From assembly GCA_013239625.1 (NCBI GenBank), contig MU053513.1, forward strand, positions 3,826,303-3,890,302: a stretch of DNA of 64,000 nucleotides, read 5' to 3'. This document shows positions 26,006 through 39,946 of the stretch, in pieces (the first letter of the stretch is position 1; each line of letters opens with the position of its first letter). The notes under the pieces were generated by a model. That model worked only from the letters and a program-made list of their open reading frames with translations. It made no database searches and was not told where the DNA came from. This stretch comes from Lama guanicoe (lineage: Eukaryota). The translations under genes were made by a program, and so were the position numbers.

Positions 26006-28284
26006 ACTACTAGCCCATTAGTGCCTTTGCACAAGCTGGTAAAGGGTGCGTCCTTTGAGCAGTCACAGGCTGAGGATACACGACTTGTCCAGCTGAACGA
26101 AGCTGGGTTTTAGTCCCACTTGCTCCCTTGGCTGGGCACTTTTGTGCACAGCCTGCACTGTTGTAAGCAGAAGCTCTGCTTTGCCTCAAGAAGATTATTA
26201 TGTAGCCATAGCAGATGGCTTTCTCAGCTAGTACCTCCAGGACTTCTCTCTGCTTTGAAAAAGGGACACAAAACTGTTTCTGGATCACTGAATAGAGCAG
26301 GCTCCATTTCCAAATAAGGTCACATACACCAGAGGATGGGGAAGGTGAATACTTTCCACTGCACGCTTCTCCCATGGAAGCTGGTGGATTGATCTTGACA
26401 GGTTTTCACGAACCTAATTCTATCCCACGGGTCTGAGGATTTATTCTATTCTGTGTTTTCCAGAAGGTGAAATGCTGATGAATAAGCCTTGTATACAGTT
26501 GTGTAAGAAACCAACTACTGTGATGCTAAGGAACGTTTTGTGGGCTCTGGGCTGCTAAAGTTTGTGGAGAGGTGCTAATAGGCTGTGAGAAGTTATTTGG
26601 GAGGATGATACACTGAATGAAAAAAAATATTACAGGAACACATGGAGCCAGAGCTACAACACAGATGTGTATGGAGAAAATGCTGCTCTTTTGGGACTAC
26701 TCAGAATTATCACATGGCAAGGATGAAGAAACCTCTTGAATTCTCCATGTATTCTGTCTTCTTTTCACCAGCAACAAAAATACATGTGGATAAATTGTTC
26801 ACAACTCTTCTAAAAGTGAAGATATATTTATATTGTTAGAAAAAAGAAATGATTATCTATCGGAAACTTGAGAAGATTGTGGAATTTAGGATGTGCGTTG
26901 CTTGTGTATGTGCACACGTGCATGCATGATAATTAGGTGTGTTTTGCTTTAAAAATAATGAGAGATGTTTTGCTTTAAAAAGGTAATGGGAGAATAAAGG
27001 TTTGTATCTTTCCCTATGTCAGCAGAGGGATTTAGGGACAGAAAAATAACTGATAAGTGATTTTTTTTTTAAATCAAAAATGCCTGAATCAGTAATCCAG
27101 CTTGCCAAATGAAGTCTGATGTGTAAGATTTGTATTTTAGGGGTTGGGGTTGAGTGAGAGTGGAGGAAAGGATATAAAGGGGAAAAAGTAACCAACAATA
27201 GGCTGCAAGTAGTTAGGACGGAGCCAAGAAACAAAGACAGAGCCAAGATCTGGAAGATTCATTCCATTCTAAAATAAGTATCTCCACTGCTTAGTTAAGT
27301 TGAGAGAATGGTTTATGTTAAATTTGCTTGGATATAGGATAGCTTACTATAAACTTTCTCTTAAGATGACTGAACTACTCATTCAATTATAATTAGGTTG
27401 ATCAAAATAGATAAAGTTCTTTCTTTGAGTTCTAACTATTCAGATTGATTGTTACTGCATTGTATGGACAATTGAGTGTGATATAAAATTGCACTTGAAT
27501 ACAAGGTGAAATATCTTAAAAGTAGCCTTATTTTTCACTTACTTTTTTTTTTGCAGTGAACAGGAAAATCCCTGTAGAGTCATTTTTCTTTTCTTCAGTT
27601 TTGCTAACTGTATTGCATATGAAAGGTGGAGTTTATCTTCTTATATTGTATCCTCACAGTTTAGATAAGAAAGGCCATAAGATTATATGTCTCTAGTTTA
27701 TACAACTATACAAACTCTAGCTGTGGGCTTGGAACATGGCTGTAGAACTCAAGTGGGCTCCATTCTAAGCAAATCTGGCTTTTTGTGTTTTCAGGTACGG
27801 ACAGTAAATTTGCAAAAGCAGACTTAATCTCCTGACTATAACTGACAGCAGACAGATCTGAAAAGACACAGGTTGAACCAAAAACAGATATAGTTGACTG
27901 GTGGGTTTTCATTTCAGAGACAATCCGCATATGGCCCTGCTGGCCACAGTAATATACATTATAAGCTGTACTTCCATGCCATAAGAAACAGTGGCATCCC
28001 ACTTTTTCAACTTCTCATGAAGGCCTGGTTCCAACTGAGTCTTTTGCTGGTCAGCCTGCATTTCTGACTCCTGAATGCTGAGTCAAAGTCTCCCTGCTCC
28101 CAGCCCACCCAATGGGTACCATTATAAATAGAAAGATGTTAGTTCACAAAAGAGGAAGTGGTAAGGCCCAGGAAAAGCACTTTGCTGCTCCAGATAGCTC
28201 TTTTCTCTGGGAAATTGCTGAAACATGTCAAACTATCAGAAACAATTCCCAGATCCCAGCCTGGGAAGAGTTTAGTTTCTATTG

Positions 28285-28510
28285 GAAGGCAGCATAATGT
28301 AGTGATTAAAAGTTCTAACGTTAGATTTCCTGGATTTGCATTTCAGCTCCTTTAGATTACAGAGCTTTGGGCAAGTTAGCCAGTTTCTTTCGGTGCTTCA
28401 GCTTTCTCATTATTAAAGTGGTAATAATAACAGGACCCATCGGGTATGTTTGTTGCTAGAATTAAGTGAGTTAATATAAGTAAAGTGCTTAGAATAGTAA
28501 GCACTCTGAT
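28285..28510 (+). mobile_element. MIR SINE
   Basis: ggcagcataatgtagtgattaaaag...ctttgggcaagttagcc...gaattaagtgagttaatataagtaaagtgcttagaatagt. Confidence 0.85.
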
Positions 28511-28879
28511 CCTTTTAAAGTGCAGTAAGCGTTGTCAGCAGGATACCATGTAAAGGGTACAAGAGTGGTATCTCAAATTATCTGCCCAGTAAAGTTTGAT
28601 AATGTCTTGTATTTCTTTTTAGAAATCACTCAGAGTAGAACAAAATTAAGGAAGGAGATTTGTGATAGGGATCAGATCCATGAACTGGAAAAAGGGCAGT
28701 GTTAGGGTTAACTGGCTGTGATGGAGGGAAGGGCTGCAGCATTCTCTGTAGTTCTGGTTAGGAGCTAGCTCTGTCTCAGAATTTGACTCAAGACTAAGTT
28801 TTCAACTGAGGACTTCAGTTGATTAGCCTGACTTTGGTGATAGGTCCAGCTTAAGTGATACCCAACCAGGTTAGTTAGC

Positions 28880-29110
28880 CCAAATGACATCATGATGGCA
28901 GTTTTAAAAAATCTGAAGAGTTGTCAATTGGAAGAAATATTAGACTTGTTTATTTATAAGATAGAGCTAAGATGAATGACTGGAGTTTTCATGAAAGCAG
29001 TTTGGACTTCGTATGAGGAAAAAGTTTTCACCTAACTGTTTTAAAGTAGAAAGGGCTGCCTTATTAGGTAATAAGCTTTCTGACACTGAAAATGTTCCAG
29101 CAGAAGCTAA
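28880..29110 (+). mobile_element. L3/CR1 3' fragment, followed by a MIR piece (~29130-29240)
   Basis: aaaatctgaagagttgtca...ttagacttgtt...aaagggctgccttattaggtaataagctttctgacactgaaaatgttccagcagaagct. Confidence 0.6.
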
Positions 29111-30352
29111 ACTAATGAGAAATATACCTGTATATTCATCTGTAAAGTGGGGATAATGCTCATCCAGCAGGATTGTTATGAGATAAAGTACTTAGTATAG
29201 TACTTGACACATTGTAAATATTCTATGAATGGTCATTGTTGATACCACCACAACCACCACCACTGCCATCACTGCTACTATCATTATTATTATTAATGGG
29301 GATTTAAAATTTAGCAAAGAGGCTGACCCATATGATCTCCCTAGTTTCTATGAAAATAGATGGCTAGCTGATGCTTTTTAAGGTCTCTTCCCACTCAGGA
29401 AGTTTAAAATTCTTAGACATGGGAGACATTTTACATGGTAGGATGTGGTGTTACTCTTCATGTGTTTATTATGCTAGCTCCTTTGATTATTCTATTATTT
29501 ATTATTCTCTACTTTATTTAGAGTGGTTTAACCTGTGTGTAGTTTAGCTATATTCTTTGTTAGTATAGTAATTATAGATTTTCTGCTGTTTATAAAGATG
29601 AAAAGGAGATGGGATAAAGAGATGAAAAAGATTTCAAGTTTAAATACCAAGATCTTTTATTTCTCAGCTGGTAAACAGGTTAGATGAGAATTATTTTAGA
29701 AAAAAATGGCACATTGTTTATTTTCTCCTGAAGGATTCATTTTGTTCTAACCTCAGACTTTGAGACTTTTAATACTTTTTTTGGTGACTAAGTCTTTTCT
29801 TGCAAAAAGGAACTAGTTAGGAATAAAATTAAAATCAGCATATTTCCTTCCAAGGCAAAAGAACAGAACTTGCAGAAGTAAGATAAGAAATTTAATAGAT
29901 AAATTTAATAGGTAAAATAGGAATTATTTTAATAGGAAATATTGTAATAGGAAATTTAATAGATAAAAAGTTTAAATGAAGAATATTTCTAAGTGAAGGA
30001 TGAAAGTGAAAGCCATTATTTTTCCTATTGCTCTAAGTATATTCTCTGATAAAAAGTATTTTATATCACTAAGGACACCTCTGATTGTTCTCCCTCTCTG
30101 TATGCGTGGATGGTGAGGTAGGGCTCCACAGGACGAATTAAAGATTTCATATTTATTGCATCTATGAGGAACTGGGGGACAACAGAAAAGAACACAAATA
30201 GTGAGCTTATAAAAGATTCAAAATCATAAATGGTTTTTGCTTTATAATACCTGCTCATTTAGCAGATGACAAATGGAAACCCTGTTGGGGTTTGGCTTCA
30301 TTTTTATATTTCCTCTGTGTGTGCAGTTTACTTAGAGTCCCTTCCTCAAGGA

Positions 30353-30377
30353 TTATTTTTTTCTTTCTTTCTTTCTT

Positions 30378-30409
<32 letters not shown>
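30353..30409. repeat. (TTTC)n plus poly(T) tract
   Basis: ttctttctttctttctttct followed by ~30 T. Confidence 0.95.
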
Positions 30410-30422
30410 CCCTTGCTGTTAG

Positions 30423-30474
30423 GCCTGCAGAGGCAATCAAGACTGAACAATAGGTGCCTTCTTATTTCAAGTAG
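30423..30474 (+). other. Candidate 52-nt exon
   Basis: Very long pyrimidine tract then cccttgctgttag|; donor TAG|gtaatt. Confidence 0.35.
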
Positions 30475-31574
30475 GTAATTTGCATTTCTGAGGATCTCCT
30501 GACTGGATTGAACATGTTTCCCAGAGGCTTCTGTAGCTCACCAGACACTCTTCTAGAAATTCACTTCATCTCTAGCACCGTAGGGTATTGCTCCGCTTTC
30601 ACACTCCTGAGAAATACAAGGCACCGGTATTTGCACAAAGTAATTGTTTCATTTTTTTCTGTGATTCAGCTATTCATAAATTCAGAACTGTTGAGTACAT
30701 AGTCTTTCCTAATTTTTGGATTGTTCATTTGATTGTTTTGTTTAAAATGGAGCAGGCAAGCCATGAAAACCCAAGAAACTAGAATTTTGAAAATCTGTCC
30801 TTGAGCTCTGTGATTTTAGGTCAACTGCTTTGCCATTCTGAGCCTCAGTTTCCCCATTTGTAACATGAGGGGTTGCTACTCTTTAGAGCTCTGAGAGATG
30901 AAAATTATATGCAGAGGGTATCACTGACTGATCTTCCTTCCCTTTCTGCAAAAATAAAATACTTCAGGGGCAGGCTTTACAGTAGAGGTGTTATTTTGGT
31001 TGGATCTTATAAAGACTGGGAAGGAACTTAATAAACAGCAGTCTGTATTGAGAAAGGGGAGAGGTTTAAGCTCTAGGTGACATCTCAGGTCTGTGTAATG
31101 GAAGCAGAGCTCACAATGGAGACTCAGGGAGGTTGGAGAGGTAAGGGGGAAAGCAAGAGAACGGAGACCTGGAAGCCCAGGAAGAAGGTTAAAAAGGAGT
31201 GCTGTCCATCATGTCAGATGTTGCTAAGGGCCCACTTAAGGCTCACGTCTGTTAGAACAAACAGCAGAGTTAATTGGAGACTTTTCTCATGAAGTTGGGT
31301 GGAGCAGTGGGACTGAAGACATTGTGATAGGTTTAACAGTAAATGTGAAGTGGAGCCTGAAAGTATGGATTGTTATTTATATAATAGTAAAGAACTATAA
31401 AGAAGCTTGGCTGGTTGGTTGGGAAAAGAAAGAAAAATACAGGAAAAGATACAGAAATGTAGGATCAAAAGAGATTTTCTTCTTAAAGGAGAGAGATTGA
31501 TATGTTTATATATTGAGGGCACACAGACAGTAGAGAAGGAATAGTAGATGCAGGCCAAGAAAGAGATGCAAGTC

Positions 31575-32070
31575 ACTGCCCTGCTTAAAATTCTCCAGTC
31601 TCTTTGGATTGACCCACAAAGTCCTCCAGTTCTGACTGTTCTTTACCTTTCGAGCTTTATCTCTTAATCATCCTCCACGTGCACTTGAAGGAAGCAGTGC
31701 AAATGAACGAAGCTAGGTCTTTGAATGTCATTGGGTATGCTGCTCAAAATGCCCTTCCTTTTTCTCCTTCTCTGCCTTCTCCTTCTTCCTTCTTTTTTGG
31801 CCTGGCTAATTTTTGCTTCTCCTTATTAAAGCTTTGTTCAGATGATCCCTTTCTCTGGGAAACATCTCCTGACATCCCTTTCCTCACCCTCACCTCAGCC
31901 AGGGTTAACCACTTCAGTGGGAACTCCTTTAACATTCTTTGTACACTTCTATGTTATTAATCACATAATATTAAGATTTTCATTTATTTATGTGCCTCCT
32001 ATAGGTGGCCATTAACTTCCTAAGGCCAGAGAGCATTACTTGACAGGTAAGGGCTCAGTAAATGTGGATT
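31575..32070 (+). mobile_element. LINE-2 fragment, 3' region (with an opposite-strand L2-like piece at ~31000-31350)
   Basis: ctgccctgcttaaaattctccag...ctctgggaaacatctcctgacatccc...gctcagtaaatgtggatt. Confidence 0.65.
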
Positions 32071-34319
32071 AAACAAGGCAAGGAGGGCAACACTTGGGTG
32101 TAATGGTGCCTAAATGAAGTTTTGCTGTGCTTCAGAGATTTTGTTTGAATGTCTCTTTGTTCCCCAGTTCTCCGCTGAAATAACTGCAGTCTTCCTTCTA
32201 GGAGGAGCTGCTAGGATGGCAGATAGTTGGTGCTCATATTGTCCCTTGTCCCAAGGCCAAGGCAGACTCCATTAACCAATTACTATACTTTCTCACTCAG
32301 CCTGGATGCTGCCTTCTTACACAGTAGCTATTATTCATAAATAAGAGTTGACACTTGGGACAAAAACTATTTGCTATTCTTACACATCTCACAAAGTCTC
32401 TTGTTTTTCTTAAACCTTTCCTAGAAATGCAATGTGAAATACCCCTTCTGCTCTAAAACCGTGTTCCCTGGGTTCTCAAGGAATCCACCTGACCACTGTC
32501 ATGCCTATCTGATCTTCAAGCAATGAAACACAGATGGAGTTTCCTTTTCCTCAGCAATTTATGACAGGAATTATACTCCAATAAATAAACAGTGAGTGTT
32601 AAGCCCACTTTTCAGATAAAGGGGCTGGGAATCATTAATGTTTTTAGAATTATAGTAGCAGGAATATTGAGGGGGAGAAAGATGATATTCTACCAACATA
32701 GAGAGATTATATTGTGCCTACACCAGAAAAACTAAGAAGTGAGGAATTCATCTTGATTATTGTCTTTTTCTAAATCCCCTGTTCTCCATTCCTCACTCCA
32801 CACTATGTAATTCAGTTTAACAAAAATTTGAGTATTTAGCTTGTGCTAGTTATTGTACTAGAATAGGAGATACAAAAAAATGTATAAGGCAAACAACCCT
32901 CAGGGAGTTTACAGTCTTATTAGGGAAGGTGTTATGAACTAAAACAGGATACATAGGATGATAGTGGAAAACATGCTAATATAACTTGGTCTGATTGTTC
33001 CATTTATCCAGGTGTTGTTGCTAGACTTCATGAGATCATTACTAACCTTTTAATTTTAAAGATCAAAGTCACTTAGCATCTTTGTTCTTAATCTTGAATC
33101 ATGTTTGTGTATAGGATAACTCCCTGAATCATAGAAATCATATGGGATAAGAGCTTATACTCTTATGCTCCTGTGTATAAAAACATTAGAAAATATTACA
33201 TTATAAATAGGGTGTATACTTTTTTCTGGGTCAGAAAGTCAGAAGTTAGAATTTAATAAGGCTTAAAAAAGAATTCAAAAAGACTTAAAAATTAATAATT
33301 TGGAAAATATTACTAAAAATTTTTAAAGACCATTCAGACTTTGTTGAGTCTGTAGAATTGGTTTGTTATAAGAGGCAAAAGACAAACTTTATTTAGAAAA
33401 TTAAACACACAAGAAAAGACATCTCCCCACCCTGTTTACCCTTGACTCAAATTGCAGCACAAGCATTAAAGAAAGCCTTGCTAAACTCACTGTGTTCTCC
33501 AGTGAACATTAAATTAGCACCCATGTGAATATTATAAAAATAAGGAACAGAATGTTCACAATAAACCTTAGGAAGATTCTGATGCAGATAAGGCCAAATG
33601 TTTCATTTTTGTTTTTTAATGTAATACTGTTACAACTTACTTGCAACATTATTCCCTACATGGCGGCCCCTAATTATTTCATCATGCAGCAGGAAATCCT
33701 GGTAGGTCATATATAAACAGCCTGAGGCAGGAACCTCTTCATCTGATAGAGTATGACATCTGACATCTGTGCAGCCTGCTGCTTGCCTGGCACAATTAAC
33801 CAGGAAGCTTAGGCATTAAGTAATGCAAAGGCAACTGGGAGCTTGGGATAATGTGGAGTAGCAAAGGTCTTCCCTAATCCAATAAATTCGTATGAAGATG
33901 AAAAAGTGACAGCAAATAGGTGACAGTTTTCTCAGGAACTGAACCTCTGTGGTCTTTTTCGTGACTTTTCCAAGAAGCAGCAAGCCATCTTTCTTATCAC
34001 CCCTCCCCTTCTACTTCTTATGTATGAATAATTTCCCTTTCCTTTGAATGAGACTTAAGTGCTCTTAGAGTCTGCTGGATTTAGCTCTTCGTATTGTTTA
34101 TGCTTACTGCTCTAGTAGGGGTGAGAGTTCTTTTCTGGCCTTCAGAAACTGAATGAAACCCAGAATGGAACCTCTATATAAAACGTGTTGAAGGATTGAG
34201 CCAGCACCTGCTGTATTGTTTCCAACAGCCATTTGTTTGTTTGTTACTCTGTTTGGAGGCGAACTAAGAACAGTGGGTAATTTGCATTGCCAGGAGTTTA
34301 ACTTGTATTTCATATTTTA

Positions 34320-35000
34320 TTTCAGTGTTTTATTAAACAAATATTTATTGAGTACCTACTATGTGTGAGACACCATGCTTGACTGAGGGCTAAATAAGAA
34401 CATCTCTACTCAGAACTAAAAAAGATCATCTCTGCTCATGAGCGTGGGCTATTGAAGGAGACTGCCACAGAAAGCAAATAACATGCAAATGTGGTTAGTG
34501 GCTTGTAATGTGAACTAAGAATTGATAAGGAGGAAATAACTAACTTAATAAGAGGACAGTCAAGAAAGATAGCAAGGAGGAGGTAACATTTTTTCTGCAT
34601 CTTGAGTGCTAAGTTTTCCTAGTTCTCAAAGTGAGAAGAGTGTTACAGAGTGAGTAACAAACACAAACACATTGGGATATTGAAGAGTGAAGGATGTTGA
34701 GGGAATTCAGGGAGGATTAATAATTGTGTGCACATTGGATGTGTGGAGGGGTGTGGAAGGAGATCAGGCTGGAAAGGTGGGCCTAGGATTTTGGGGCCAT
34801 ACTAAGGAGTTACTGTACAGGCAGTGATTAGCTTGATTTTCTTTTAAAAATAAAGAAAAATTATTGCTGAAACTGTATTTCTGGAAGCTTTTTCTGGCAA
34901 AAGTGTGGAACAGGTTGGAGAGGGAAAACAGATTGAATCAAGAAGCCAGTTAGAAAGCTGTTTCATTAGAAACTCTCCATACTCAATTGTTGATTCCTTC
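34320..35000 (-). mobile_element. LINE-2 fragment
   Basis: aaacaaatatttattgagtacctactatgtgtgagacacca...gaagccagttagaaagctg. Confidence 0.75.
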
Positions 35001-36484
35001 AACAGGTAAATGCCTAAGAAGGTAAAAAGAAAAAGATACCTTTGAATTTTCATGTCTTGGTATTTTACTGGTATGGATTCATAATTAATTTCTCTACCCT
35101 CTCTTTCTCTGTACTTCCCGACCACGTTCCCCATTTTCTTTTCTCCATTTCTGAGCCATCTGAAACCAGAAATCACTGAAATCACACCCCTTTGAGGTTA
35201 AAGCTCTTGGCCAACATTCCAGTCATTTCAGAACTATCCAAGTTGAACTCTTTGAAGTCCGTGCCTTACTAGTAATGATATAGCAGATATTTGTCCAAAA
35301 TAATCACTAGTGGGGTTTGTAGGAGAGAAAGAAGCCTAACAGGCAAGGATTGGGAAATACATATGGTCAATTATGAACTGACTTAAAAAATGAAAGTAGG
35401 CTGCAAGAATCTGATAAGGAGAGGTCTGTGGGATTCAAAACAAACATACTGTATTAATTATTATTATTCATTCTGTATTGCTACAAGTGTGCAAAATGGT
35501 ATATAAATGGTTGACAGTGCTGGAGAAAGAATAATGGCTCAGCCCTGGAGTGCTTATAATTTATGTAAACACATCCTTTTGTTTTGTTTTTCTAAGCCAT
35601 GTCTCTGAATTGTTATTTGGCTTATTTTGCTCATATTCATATTTCATCTCTGGTTCTTATATAAACTAAAAAAAATGAGTTATTTCAGAAATCACACATG
35701 TTTTTCTAAAATCATGGTTCTTGTCCGTAATACTAGAACCATTGCATTGAGAATTCTGAGTACAAAGCCACTCCTTATTTGGGGCACCGTGTGTATGTGA
35801 AATGAGAAAAGGGAGTATATTTAAGGCCCTCTGGAGATGAATGGGACTAAAAGAGTGTAGTATTATTAGGAGCTTTTCTTAACGAAGTATTAAAATCCTT
35901 TGCCTTTAAAAGTGTGTTTGCTACTATGAAAACACAGAGGAAGTCATGTAGGGAAGATTAGTACCAACATTTACTGTTACCCTAAATTTCTTGCTAGTTC
36001 TACCTCCTGATCACACTTGATTTATCAGGTTCACTAGTCTGCCCCAGTTTAAATTCATGCTATAGTATTACTTTATTTTACCTTCCTCAGAAAAATCTTT
36101 AAGCTGGCTTAGTTTAGAAGCAGACTGAGTGATTTCTAGAGCCTTCAGTTTTTGTTAAATAGGAACGAGCATCTCATAGACAGGCAAATTCAGCATTGAT
36201 ATGAATGTGATAGTTTAGAGACCTCTATTTTACTGCAACTACACATATTATTTGTTTTACTACCTTTTATTTTACTATTTCAAAATATTTGAAAGACACA
36301 ATTTAAATATTGACACAACCTGTATTAGTCTCTTAAAGCTTTTCCTTAAAGTCAGAAATAAATCTTGTAACTTCTAATTTGAAGATCCTATAAAATATGA
36401 TAAAACATTTATTTTCTGATATGAAATAGCCAACATTTATAAGAAAGAAATAAATGAGGCCAAGAAAGTTAGTTTATTTTAATT

Positions 36485-36950
36485 CCCTAGTATTAATTGG
36501 GTCCTCACTGTGTGAGCATTATGCTAGGCACAATTGATACCATGATGAACAAAACAGACATGTTCCCTGACCTTATGAGTGTGCATAATATAAACTGATA
36601 ATCACAGTACTTCGTGGAAATGCTTGATAGAAGTACAGGATAAACTGTGGAAGCTCTTTTATGGTTCTAAACTCATACTTATTATCTGACAGGACTTCTC
36701 AGAGGAAATTATGTCTAAGTACTAATCTAAAAAAATGATTGAGAGTTACATGAAAGTAAGGGTTGGGGGTTTGGAGAGGATTCCAGGTAGAGGGACAATC
36801 AAAGTCTGCAGGCGAGTGAAATCCTAGTAAGAGTCTATAACTGAGACTAATCCAGTGTGACTGGAGCTTAGATTGCAAGGAGATGGAAGGGGAGAGGGAG
36901 GAGAACTACATAAAAGTAAAATTATTCAGGTTAATGTAAGCCAAGATTAA
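36485..36950 (-). mobile_element. LINE-2 fragment
   Basis: atgctaggcacaattgataccatgatgaacaaaacagacatgttccctgaccttatg...ggattccaggtagaggg. Confidence 0.7.
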
Positions 36951-37174
36951 GTATTAGGACCATATACTGAAAAAAAAGTTTCTAAACTTGAGTTCCATGT
37001 CCTTGTAGGGAGTCATGCATGAGCTTTGGGGAATTGCTTGAGGAAATTTTACACGTAAACATATTCTCAAAGGGTTCCAACAAGCCATTCTCCTTGTTAA
37101 GAACAAAAATCTCTTCCTTGATATCCCTCCCCAACAAGACACAATTAACTATTTGTGAAATATTACCTTGGCAA

Positions 37175-37835
37175 CTTCATTCATTCACTGTCACATTCTT
37201 ATGTTCAACAAATATTCATTGAATTTTTTTGTAAGCAAGGGATATAGTGGTGAATAAGAGAAGACAGGCTTCTGAAAGGGGAGGACAGAAAATAAGCAAC
37301 AAATAAATGGATGAGATTTCAAAGTAGCAAGCACTGTACAGAAACTAAAATAAGGGACTCTGATAGGAAGGCTTCCCTGAGGAGGTGATGTTTGAGCTAA
37401 ACCTTGAATTGGCTAGAAACTGAAATAGCTATTGAAAGGCCCTGAGACAGAATTGATTTGATATACTTGCTAAATAGAAAGAAGCCCAGAGTGGCCTCAG
37501 TATAAATAGTTGGTGTGAGACTAGTAAAAAGTAGGATGTCACATTGGAGAAGTGGGCCAGGAATGAGGTCATGTGGATCATGGCCAGGAATTTGAGTTTT
37601 ATGTTCAGTGCCATGGGAGATCACTGAAAGAATTTAACAGTAGCGTCACATAATCTGATTTATGTTAAAGAGAAAAAAACTGTAAGGAAGGCAAAAATAG
37701 AAATAGGGAGACTAGTTAGCAATCTTTTGCAACAGTTCAGGTGAGAGATGACTTTGTCTTGGACTAGGGTGATAGTAATGGAAAGGGAGATAAGTATATA
37801 AATGTGGAGTATATTTTGGAGCAACATGTGGGTGC
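37175..37835 (-). mobile_element. LINE-2 fragment
   Basis: ggcttccctgaggaggtgatgtttgagctaaaccttgaa...ttcaggtgagagatgactttgtcttggactagggtgatagtaatgga. Confidence 0.8.
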
Positions 37836-38924
37836 CTGTGTGTAGGCATGGAAAGAGGTCCAACTACAATGGATAAGAGTCTCCAAAATACAAATACTTT
37901 TAACAGGGAAAACACTACAGAAACTTCAACAAAACTACTTTACAGATGTGATGCGCAAAAATCTCAGGATGTCTGAGTTCAGACCTAAACCCTGTTACTT
38001 GTGACTTTGGGCCAGCTAGTGATTCACCTTCTCTGGGTCAATTCTCTTATCTAAAACATGAAGTTAATAAAATGTGAAATCCCCCAACACTGCTAGTACC
38101 AAGTAAAATTGTTTACTTCTAAAAAGAACAGTAAGTAACTTCTGCAACAACCAAATGGTTTTTGAGAACAGATAGTTGGAACAGGAGATAAGAAGAGAAT
38201 CTAGAGGAAAAAATATATAATTTTTACCACAAGTGAAATTGCCACCTTTTTTACCGTGGCACTCCACGTTGAAAATTTGCTTTTAGGACCCCGTTAAACA
38301 TGGCCTTAACTGTTCCTTTTGTTGCTGTCTTCAGAAATGTACGCACATAAGCTAGGCAGTGAGATTTCTAATGCTGTGTAAACAATGTTAAGTCTGGTTC
38401 CTAAAAATTGATTCTGCATCTATTATATGCATTGATATTCAAATATTCACAGAACTTCCCAGCAAGCTCACAGTGATTATGACCTCTACAATCACCTTAA
38501 TTGGCCCAGCCGCTCTCCAAGAGTGTGCCCAGGAGACCCTGAGGATGAGCTCAGACCTTGGTGGCTGTGTATTTAGAAATCCTCTCTTCCTTTTTCTTTC
38601 CTATTTGCTGTGAAAGCTTTGCAGTTTAATAGGGACTCTAGGAAGCAGGTTTGTGGTGGGGGTGTAGAACAGTCTCAGAAAGCTTTGATTAGATACCTCC
38701 TTTGTGAAAACTAGGAACTAGCATATTTATATATTTCTTTAAAAATTATTTGAGGTTATCTTTTGCTCTCTTATCTTAGGTAATATCAATCAATATTAAA
38801 TAAAATTGTAGGTTAGTAAATGTTGTTTATAGAAAGAGGGGTTCTTTACCATCCTAGTATAAAACCAAAGGAACGCCACAAGCCTGTCTTATTCTCTTGG
38901 TATAGAAACAAAGCTCATGAATTG

Positions 38925-38926
<2 letters not shown>

Positions 38927-38964
<38 letters not shown>
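38927..38964. repeat. (GT)19 microsatellite
   Basis: Perfect GT run, read directly. Confidence 0.95.
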
Positions 38965-38972
<8 letters not shown>

Positions 38973-39946
38973 GATTGTGGCTTAGGTGGGGAGTACGGGG
39001 GGAAGGCATTTGATGACATATAAATTTTCCCATTTGGAAAGCTGGTATTTTTCAGTCTGCAGCCAGAATCCTGTAAATGGACTTAAAGCTTCTCTACCAA
39101 AGTTGATCTGGAAGGAACCTGATAGAAATAAGCCAATGCTTCAGAAATCTTAAAAGAAAACAAATGGTTTTAAGATTTTAGAAATCTTAAAAGAAAAGCA
39201 TGTTTTTAAGTTGTGACTGTGTATTTTATATAACTAGTGTTTAGATAAACTGGGCAGTGCCCCTGTGGGCAGGAGAAAAGATGTTGAATTTTAACTTTGA
39301 TTATCCTCCATATATTGCTGCTCAGCTATCTCCCCTTCATTCATCTTGACATATTTTAAGGGAGAAAAAAGCCCTTAAGTTGGACATCTGCACTTTCTAC
39401 ACTACTGGAATATTCCTTTGAATAGAAGGGCAAGAAATCTTTCTGTAAAGTAAAATATTATAGTAAGTGAAGTTTGCCCTAAAGGACATGTCTCTCCTGC
39501 TCTTTTGACATACCTCTTTTCGTTTTTTTACCCTACAGTATTCTAGAAAATAATTCTTTAAAAAGGTAGAATCATGTCTCTTATATACTGATATAAGAAT
39601 GAGGATGTGTTAAAGATTGTATTTAACACATTCAGTGAAGGAACCAGACTGGTATTATAACCAGTCAAAAGAGAATCCATAAAACAGATGGATTTATAGA
39701 TCAGGAGTATTGAAACAAACAGACAAATGAAGGCAAAGCTGGTTTTTCCAGAGTTAAGGAGGGAAATCTATTAAATCTCTATCTGACTTGCATCTTTATC
39801 AGTTACCTACATTTTAGAGAGTTGTAAAATGGCTCAAAGGCAATGACTAAAATCAGATAACCTAAAGTGGTATCTTTTAGACAATGCACAGTGTTCTACT
39901 GAAGATCAAAATTTTCTCTACATTTTTTCTTTTGTTTCTTCTACAG

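Noticed and set aside
26010..26375. 121-aa minus-strand ORF in a GC-richer patch
   Set aside because: No recognisable domain or splice context; part of it may be an old DNA-transposon remnant that I cannot name reliably.
29885..29965. Repeated aaatttaatag-like units, superficially array-like
   Set aside because: Degenerate AT-rich minisatellite with no unique spacers, in mammalian DNA; not a CRISPR array.
30255..30478. Poly-Lys and poly-Phe ORFs
   Set aside because: Translations of the (TTTC)n/poly(T) tract.
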